A DNA stretch of 64,000 nucleotides, taken from the NCBI GenBank assembly GCA_964367355.1, contig CAYIWY010000006.1, positions 15,968-79,967 of the forward strand, in the 5' to 3' direction. Below, piece by piece: positions 57,692-64,000 of the stretch; positions within the stretch are counted from its first letter, which is position 1, and each line of letters opens with the position of its first letter. The translations under genes were made by a program, and so were the position numbers. The notes under the pieces were generated by a model that did no database searches, was not told where the DNA came from, and saw nothing but the letters and a program-made list of their open reading frames with translations. This DNA is from an uncultured Gammaproteobacteria bacterium. Its GTDB lineage: Bacteria; Patescibacteriota; Microgenomatia; Woykebacterales; RBG-16-39-9b.

Positions 57692-58632
57692 AAATTTTGG
57701 GTTCCGGCTTTTATTTCTGAAAGCAGTTCTTCTTTATTTATTTTCGCCAGTCCAACATACTTGTCTGCTGCTCCATAATAAACAAAAAAATTATCTCCTA
57801 CCTCAAGAGTTGCACAGGTAAAAACTACGTTTGGTGTTAACCCAATCTTTTCATAATCTGTTTCTGGTTCAAATATAGGCTGTTCTCCACGATAAATTAC
57901 TTTTTCGGGATTATTTAAATCAAGAATTAGTACTCCCAAACGGTAGACATGCTCCTTATCGACCCCATGATAAAAAATTAACCAACCGTAAGGTGTTTTG
58001 ATCGGTACACCACCATTTCCAACCCTTTCACTATCCCAAAAATTTTCTCTCGGGCTAAGGACAATTTTTTCCGTCTCCCATTTGACCATATCATCAGAAT
58101 AGCTTAGATAAACATTTGGATAAATTCGATGCATCAAAACAAATTTCTCATTTATTTTTTCCGGAAAAAGAACACCATCTTTTGTACCACGATCAAATAA
58201 AACGCCCTTTTTTTCAAAATTCTTAAAATCTTTTGTTGAGATAATGGACGGTCGAGTTCTCCAAGGAGCTGGGCGCAAACGCGATGGTGGGAGATCATTA
58301 CTTTTAGACTCTGCTTCATAGACTGATACCGCAGTGTAAACAATATAGTAAGTATCCTCGATTTTAGTGATACGTGGATCTTCTATCCCCAACCTTTCGT
58401 AGGGATTTTCTAAATCCCCCTCGAGTATCGCGTTGTCAAAACGTTGGAATTTTTGCCCATCGTTGCTCAGAGCAACACCGAAGCGCGAAATATTGTCTCC
58501 ACCGATTGCCCGATACAAAAGTACTATTTGATTATTGAAAATTGCCGCAGCGGGATTGAAGGTTGCTTGTATCTCCCACCAATTTGAAGTTGGGCTTAAG
58601 ATTGGGTTACCTGGAAAACGGATTAGTTTCAT
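57688..58632 (-). CDS. GH130-family glycosidase/phosphorylase
   Basis: FNPAA, LYRA, EDPRI, KD..LFPEKI, YH, NVVF, YYGAAD. Confidence 0.88.
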   Translation of the reverse strand: MKLIRFPGNPILSPTSNWWEIQATFNPAAAIFNNQIVLLYRAIGGDNISRFGVALSNDGQKFQRFDNAILEGDLENPYERLGIEDPRITKIEDTYYIVYTAVSVYEAESKSNDLPPSRLRPAPWRTRPSIISTKDFKNFEKKGVLFDRGTKDGVLFPEKINEKFVLMHRIYPNVYLSYSDDMVKWETEKIVLSPRENFWDSERVGNGGVPIKTPYGWLIFYHGVDKEHVYRLGVLILDLNNPEKVIYRGEQPIFEPETDYEKIGLTPNVVFTCATLEVGDNFFVYYGAADKYVGLAKINKEELLSEIKAGTQNL

Positions 58633-58705
58633 TGCACTAAGTATACTAAAACCCTTCTTTGGTGGACACTCACTAAAAAATATTGTTAGAATTTAGTAAC
58701 CGCCC

Positions 58706-60658
58706 ATGCGTTTTCTAAAAGAAGGCTACCACAAAACCAAACATCATCATAAAAACCTTCTACTGCTGGTTTTAACCTCGCTTTTAACACCTCTACTTGT
58801 TTTTGGAATTTACTCTCTTTTTCCGCCAAAAGTAAATGCTTCTTTAACCAATCCGCTGCAATCTCTAGATAAACCGTTTTCAGCGGAAGTTTGGGGAATT
58901 TTGGACAAATCATCAATCTCTTTTGAAACTGATCCTAATATACCCGTGACGGTAAAAATGAAATCAACAAACTTCCCCCTAAAAACTTTAGTTGAGTTCG
59001 AACCTAAGGACTTATTAGCACCAAATACAAGCTACACCTTAAAATTTAGTGTTGAGAATTGGTTTGGGTTAAAGTCAAAAAAGACATTAATCAGAACTAC
59101 ATCTTCTGCGCCAAAAGTCACAAAAGTTTCACCAGACAGCGGCAGTATCGATCTTAATTCACAGACAACTCTTATCTTCCAATTAAACCAGGTCTTGAAC
59201 AAGGGTCAGTTTGAGTTAAAAACGCAACCAGAAGCAGTTTTTGAGACCACTCATAGTAAAAATCGTATCTTAGCCAGACCAAAAACTGATCTGAAACAAG
59301 GTCAAAAATATACTTACACGCTTTTTTTGACAAGCAAAGTGTTTGACGACATTAACCTTTTTGAAGGTGAGTTAACTACCCTCTCACCCCTGGAAATTAC
59401 TTCTTTGGAACCAGCAGATCAAGCTGAGGTGGTTTTGAAAAACCAAGTTATTAAAGTTTCCTTCAATAAGGGCGTTGATAAGCTTTCTTTTGAAAAGGGC
59501 TTTACGCTCGAGCCCCCAACTCCCCTCACTCTCGAATGGGTTGATGAGAAATCAGTGATTATTAAACCTGAAAGTTTACTAATTTCGGCAACTAAGTACT
59601 CCTTAATTTTAAAAGACACTATCAGCGCGCTTGATAAATCGCATTTAGCTATTCCTGTGAACAATACTTTTACTACCGCCGGACCTGTAAGAGTAGTTAG
59701 TTTTTCCCCAACCGGAGCATACCCTTATTTAAATACAAATATTGTTGTAAATTTTGACCAACCGGTCGATGAACTTTCAGCGAAGGCGCATTTCTCAATT
59801 CAGCCGGAGACTACTGGTAACTTTAGTTTAAGTGGTAATCAAATAGTATTTAAACCGAAAAGTTTAGCTGCTCTTACAGAGTATAAAATTATTCTTTCTC
59901 CAGGAATAGTCAGTCTGGGCGGTGAGAATAGTACTGAAACCTTTACCAATGTTTTCACGACCACAAGTGAACAAACTAAAGTAATTGGTTATTCAGTTCA
60001 AGGAAAGCCTATTACTGCTTCGTATTTTGGTATTGGTCCAAAGAAAATACTTTTGATTGGAGCAATGCACGGATCAGAATCAAACACCGGGAAAATGCTG
60101 ACCAACTGGGTCGGTTATTTACGAGCTAACCAAGGACAAATTGCAAAGGATAGAACTTTTATTATCGTTCCTTATGCCAATCCTGATGGAACTAGCAAAA
60201 ATCAGCGCTTCAACGCTCATGGGGTTGACCTTAATCGTAATTGGGATACTCCAGAGTGGCAAAGTTTAACTTATCTTCAAAACACTTCTTACCCAAACGG
60301 TGGTGGTTCAGCGCCTTTTTCCGAACCAGAAACTCAAGCTTTACGTAATTTAATACTGTCCGAAAACCCAAGTCGAATAGTTTCCTACCACGCTGCTGCC
60401 AATATGGTTATTGGCGACGGGATCGCCGATAGTTTCGGAGATTGGTATGCAGCACAAACAGGCTATAACAGAGTTAAGGGTGATGTACAGGAAGATCCCA
60501 ATATGAGCGCTTTGGGCTATATTATTACCGGGACATTTGAGGACTGGGTAACGGCTCGTGGTTTGGTTACTTTGGTAATTGAATTCGTTTCGCAAACTCA
60601 AAATGAATACAACCGCAATTTACCTGCGCTTAAAGGCTTACTCAATTATTCAATCTAG
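58706..60658 (+). CDS. Membrane-anchored Ig-like repeat protein with C-terminal M14 zinc carboxypeptidase (MpaA-like)
   Basis: TM, Big_5-type repeats, IGYSVQG, HGSE, NPDG, RFNAHGVDLNRNW, SEPET, SYH. Confidence 0.9.
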   Translation: MRFLKEGYHKTKHHHKNLLLLVLTSLLTPLLVFGIYSLFPPKVNASLTNPLQSLDKPFSAEVWGILDKSSISFETDPNIPVTVKMKSTNFPLKTLVEFEPKDLLAPNTSYTLKFSVENWFGLKSKKTLIRTTSSAPKVTKVSPDSGSIDLNSQTTLIFQLNQVLNKGQFELKTQPEAVFETTHSKNRILARPKTDLKQGQKYTYTLFLTSKVFDDINLFEGELTTLSPLEITSLEPADQAEVVLKNQVIKVSFNKGVDKLSFEKGFTLEPPTPLTLEWVDEKSVIIKPESLLISATKYSLILKDTISALDKSHLAIPVNNTFTTAGPVRVVSFSPTGAYPYLNTNIVVNFDQPVDELSAKAHFSIQPETTGNFSLSGNQIVFKPKSLAALTEYKIILSPGIVSLGGENSTETFTNVFTTTSEQTKVIGYSVQGKPITASYFGIGPKKILLIGAMHGSESNTGKMLTNWVGYLRANQGQIAKDRTFIIVPYANPDGTSKNQRFNAHGVDLNRNWDTPEWQSLTYLQNTSYPNGGGSAPFSEPETQALRNLILSENPSRIVSYHAAANMVIGDGIADSFGDWYAAQTGYNRVKGDVQEDPNMSALGYIITGTFEDWVTARGLVTLVIEFVSQTQNEYNRNLPALKGLLNYSI

Positions 60659-60661
60659 TAA

Positions 60662-60994
60662 TTAGAAAGCTGCTGCAGAAGAATCAATTTGGTTTAAGTC
60701 GTTTTGGAAACTATCAAGATCAGCTGAATCTATCTCAGAACTTACAGTATCTAAGTCTGAAGTCTTAGTGATATCTGTCACCTGCTTTGTCTGACTAGTA
60801 GTCGTCACCGGGGTTTCTGCTTGTTGCTGTGGAAAGGCAGCAACGAAAACCCCTGCGATAATTACTGCGCCTACTATCAATGCCCCAATTGCGAGCATGA
60901 GATTGCGATTACCGCCTGCAGGTTTTACAACCGCTCCTGTTACCTGAGGTTGAGTTTCAATATTTGGCGTTTGTTCTACTTGCTGTTCGTCCAT
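60662..60994 (-). CDS. Small single-TM hypothetical protein
   Basis: Central TM and acidic C-terminal helix. Confidence 0.7.
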   Translation of the reverse strand: MDEQQVEQTPNIETQPQVTGAVVKPAGGNRNLMLAIGALIVGAVIIAGVFVAAFPQQQAETPVTTTSQTKQVTDITKTSDLDTVSSEIDSADLDSFQNDLNQIDSSAAAF

Positions 60995-60996
60995 AG

Positions 60997-61677
60997 TTAA
61001 TCAATTTCTGCCGAAGAAGAGGCTTCTTTCTTCTCTTCGACAGCGTTTTTAATTGCTTTAATAAAATTCTTGAGTGAAGTGCGGTAGTCTTTCATTGCTA
61101 GGTGAACATTTTTTAACTCTGTTTTCACGGTTTCAAGTTGACTTTTTGGACTGTCTGACGCACAGTCAAATGCAGCGATATCACTCTTTAAAGTCGTTAG
61201 TAAACCTTGGACCTCACTTTTTTGTGTTTCAATATCAGCTTTTAAGGCTGCGTAGTTTTCAACAACTACACCTTTGGGAACAAGTTTGGTTGTGTAAAAA
61301 TTATCTACTTTTGTAACTAAAACTCCAAAACGATTGAAGTGCTTCTCAATTCTCTCGGCAACTTTATTAGCACGGTTAGTGATGTTGCCTTTTCTTTTCT
61401 CACAAATTTTTAGTTTTTTCTCTTCCAGTTTCTCTTTTCTTTCAGCTGACCTAGATGCAATGCGCTCTTTTGTTTCTTTCTTTCGTTTTTCGATGTTGTC
61501 TCTAATTTCTTGACGTTTCTCCTCAATTTCCGCTCTTACCGACTCTTTTGAGTCATTAGAAGAAACCGAAGTCCCCGATGAATTATCATCACTACCTTCT
61601 TCAGCGTGTAAAACTAGGTTAATGGGGGTGAGAGCAAGAAAAAGAGTAACAAAAAATACTAGGAACAGTTTTTTCAT
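60997..61677 (-). CDS. Secreted coiled-coil protein
   Basis: Signal peptide, K/E-rich helices, Cys pair. Confidence 0.75.
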   Translation of the reverse strand: MKKLFLVFFVTLFLALTPINLVLHAEEGSDDNSSGTSVSSNDSKESVRAEIEEKRQEIRDNIEKRKKETKERIASRSAERKEKLEEKKLKICEKRKGNITNRANKVAERIEKHFNRFGVLVTKVDNFYTTKLVPKGVVVENYAALKADIETQKSEVQGLLTTLKSDIAAFDCASDSPKSQLETVKTELKNVHLAMKDYRTSLKNFIKAIKNAVEEKKEASSSAEID

Positions 61678-61756
61678 ATTTTGTTAATATTAGTAAAAGT
61701 TACAATATATGTCAAGTCAACGATACTATTTTTGCTTTGAAAAAGCTTGGTTAAGT

Positions 61757-62050
61757 TCACTTGTTTGTAATTATTTTTCCCGAAATTTTTTCAATATTTA
61801 CTTCTCCAAAAGTCCGCGAGTCCAAACTATCTGACCTATTATCCCCCATCAAACTAACTGACTTACCATTTATTTTAGCAACGCGTTTAATCAATTCTTT
61901 ACCATCTTGCTCAAAGATTACAATATCGCCTACCCTTATCTTATTAATAAGATAAGGCCAGTTGTTGACCCAAACAACTTGACCGTTCTTTAAAGTTGGT
62001 TCCATGCTGTGACCGGAAATCTTGTAGCGCGAAAATGGAGTTAATTTCAC
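61757..62050 (-). CDS. sodX: NiSOD maturation protease (S26 family)
   Basis: GHSMEPTL, LIKR, GDN...DSR.FG. Overlaps the sodN stop. Confidence 0.88.
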   Translation of the reverse strand: MKLTPFSRYKISGHSMEPTLKNGQVVWVNNWPYLINKIRVGDIVIFEQDGKELIKRVAKINGKSVSLMGDNRSDSLDSRTFGEVNIEKISGKIITNK

Positions 62051-62472
62051 TTTTTAGCAGTCGCTTTTACTTTGGAAAATATCTCGGCTATTTGGTCAAC
62101 CTGATCACGAAGATCTTTGGCAGCTTCGGCATTAACTTCCCTTTTGTTGGTCGAACAAAGTTTGGTTGTTTTCCAGACTAAATCATGAAGATTTGGAAAA
62201 TCAGCCAAATTTTCCTCTTTGAAGAAATCTGTCCAAAGAATTAATATTTGACGTTTACAAGCTTCCGCATGTTCTTCTTTAACAGAAACCATTCGGGTAA
62301 AGTTATTGCGGTCTTGAGGCGTTGGCTTAGTGGGAATAGCTAAGATTTTCTCGACCATCTTTTCAACGGTCTCCGCTGCTACCTTGGCTGTGTTAGTTTC
62401 ATAAATTCCACAAGGAATATCGCAGTGGGCATAGGCTTCTTTAATTGGAAAAATTAAATCAAGTATTTTCAT
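62047..62472 (-). CDS. sodN: Nickel superoxide dismutase
   Basis: Leader followed by the Ni-hook HCDIPCGIY, KEEHA, ILWTDFF. Confidence 0.95.
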   Translation of the reverse strand: MKILDLIFPIKEAYAHCDIPCGIYETNTAKVAAETVEKMVEKILAIPTKPTPQDRNNFTRMVSVKEEHAEACKRQILILWTDFFKEENLADFPNLHDLVWKTTKLCSTNKREVNAEAAKDLRDQVDQIAEIFSKVKATAKK

Positions 62473-62561
62473 AACCTGTAACCGTAGTTTAGCAAACAAA
62501 AAGAGTAAGGTAAATGATTGTTTAATTGACACTTGTAATATTCCAGCCTACAATATTATTA

Positions 62562-63437
62562 ATGGAAACCCAACTGCCAATACCCAATACTTCTGGTATT
62601 TCTGAAAAGCTCAGAAGTATCTTCTCAGGTAAGCTCATTCTCAAACTTCTACTAGCTATCTTTATCATCTACCTATTAAGATCAACGTTTGTTTTTGTTC
62701 CAGCTGGACACGTTGGGGTAAAATACGACCGCGGCAGTGGGGTGCTCAACAGTACTTTAAAAGAAGGCTTGAATCTTTCAATTCCGTATTGGCAAACAGT
62801 CACTCTATTTGACGCCAGACTTCAAGAATATACCATGAGTGTAGTTCCGGATGAAGGGGCTCTTCTCCGCGACGATTCTCTTGATGCGCCAACAAGCGAC
62901 GGTCAACAAGTAACAATCGATGCAACGGTTCTGTTTAGGGTTAACCCGGATAAAGTTCACGAGATATTTAAATCAATTGGTCCAGATTATGTTGATAAGA
63001 TAATTCGACCAACTTCAAGAAGCCAGATTCGTATGGTTATTAGCCGCTACAGTGCCACTGCAATTTATTCAGAAAAACGTCAGGAAGCAGAAAGGGTTAT
63101 GACCACAGAGATCTCAGAACTACTCGAACCCAAAAATATCTTGATTGATAAAGTTCTTCTCAGAGCAGTTTATTTCTCCCCTGAATACTCTAACTCTATA
63201 GAACAAAAAGTAATTGCAGAACAAAAAGTCAAGCAAGCAGAGTTTGAGGTCAAAGAGGCAACCCAAAGGGCCCAGGCAAAAATTGCTGAAGCCGAAGGTC
63301 TTGCCAAAGCCCAAGCACTTCAAAAAGCCAATTTAACTTCGGAATTTATTCAACTTGAAGCAATCAAAAAATGGAATGGTGTTATGCCAACAGTCACTAG
63401 TGGCAATCCGTTTATCAATATCCCTCTAAATAAGTAG
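62562..63437 (+). CDS. SPFH/prohibitin (band 7) family membrane protein
   Basis: VPAGHVGV, EGL...PY, SIEQKVIAEQ, KWNG. Promoter TTGACA-17-TACAAT 7 nt before the ATG. Confidence 0.92.
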   Translation: METQLPIPNTSGISEKLRSIFSGKLILKLLLAIFIIYLLRSTFVFVPAGHVGVKYDRGSGVLNSTLKEGLNLSIPYWQTVTLFDARLQEYTMSVVPDEGALLRDDSLDAPTSDGQQVTIDATVLFRVNPDKVHEIFKSIGPDYVDKIIRPTSRSQIRMVISRYSATAIYSEKRQEAERVMTTEISELLEPKNILIDKVLLRAVYFSPEYSNSIEQKVIAEQKVKQAEFEVKEATQRAQAKIAEAEGLAKAQALQKANLTSEFIQLEAIKKWNGVMPTVTSGNPFINIPLNK

Positions 63438-63513
63438 TTTTTAGATTCCTAAAATACTTTAAATAGCAATGGCTATTCTAGCTGTCCCCCTAATTATGTT
63501 AAATTGTTCCTAA

Positions 63514-64000
63514 GTGATTTTACTAGAAAAAAGCTATTGGGAAGTTAAAACAACTAAAAAGAAGGGGGAGGGTCTTTTTGCCAAAAAAAATCTTCAACCT
63601 GGAATTGTAATTGGTGATTACCTTGGAAAGGTTCTGCGCACTAGTGAAGTTGATATTACAGGTGAAAAAGAAAGTTTTTATCTAATGTACTATCATGATC
63701 AGGCTTCAATTTATCCTGATTTAACAAAACCGGGAATTCATCTTCTCAACCATTCTTGCGAACCTAATTGTGCTTTCTTTACCTACCAAGGTCATATTTT
63801 ATTTTTCACTCTCCGCCATATTTTTCTTGGAGAAGAATTAACCGTTGCCTATATGCTCAGTCCAAAAGACAGTTTCTGTGAACCTTGCAATCATATTTGT
63901 AAATGTGAGAGTAAGTTTTGCAGCCGGTCAATGCATCTTCCCCAAGATAGTTATGTAAATTGGCGCTATTTTCAAGAAACACAAAATCAAAAAACAAAAA
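63514..64000 (+). CDS. SET-domain protein-lysine methyltransferase (truncated by the window; absent from the ORF track)
   Basis: Read by hand from GTG 63514: KGEGLFA, LNHSCEPN, GEELTVAY and post-SET CKCESKFC. Open to the end of the window. Confidence 0.88.
   Translation, partial: MILLEKSYWEVKTTKKKGEGLFAKKNLQPGIVIGDYLGKVLRTSEVDITGEKESFYLMYYHDQASIYPDLTKPGIHLLNHSCEPNCAFFTYQGHILFFTLRHIFLGEELTVAYMLSPKDSFCEPCNHICKCESKFCSRSMHLPQDSYVNWRYFQETQNQKTK

Noticed and set aside
140-63323. Numerous short antisense or alternate-frame ORFs in the track (e.g. 140-535, 10105-10572, 25125-25451, 30735-31205, 39017-39361)
   Set aside because: They are shadows of well-supported genes, with no motifs or start signals.
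1-64000. Prophage, rRNA or alternative genetic code
   Set aside because: No phage structural genes or rRNA-like sequence. TGA acts as a stop in several intact genes, consistent with code 11.

Overview
Gene-dense, AT-rich bacterial chromosome segment. Gene content and style suggest Patescibacteria/CPR, probably Microgenomates-like (inference): streamlined housekeeping genes, pilin and Ig-repeat surface proteins, and many SD-less genes with a -10 box just upstream of the start codon. Housekeeping genes: ATP-dependent DNA ligase, N-domain-less ClpB with a CIRCE-like operator, FolD, two tandem Fpg/MutM paralogs, short PolA, FtsH, Xer-like recombinase, an interrupted SUF operon, NiSOD with its maturase, glycosylation and cell-envelope clusters, and a ferredoxin/cytochrome b5/ferric-reductase-like redox cluster. 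One IS481-like element has clear ends. Several GC-richer orphan genes carry their own promoter, strong SD and terminator. The most unusual signal is at 35519-35717 (minus strand): an intact tRNA-Ile(UAU) lies inside the anticodon arm of a second tRNA-like scaffold whose acceptor stem has four compensatory base-pair changes. Also notable are an initiator-type tRNA lacking the 3 G-C anticodon-stem pairs, a broken tRNA remnant, a structured leader with complementary hairpin loops (22240-22470), a eukaryote-type UDP-galactopyranose mutase and small palindromic repeats, some inserted in-frame in genes. All calls come from reading the sequence by eye; no searches were run.
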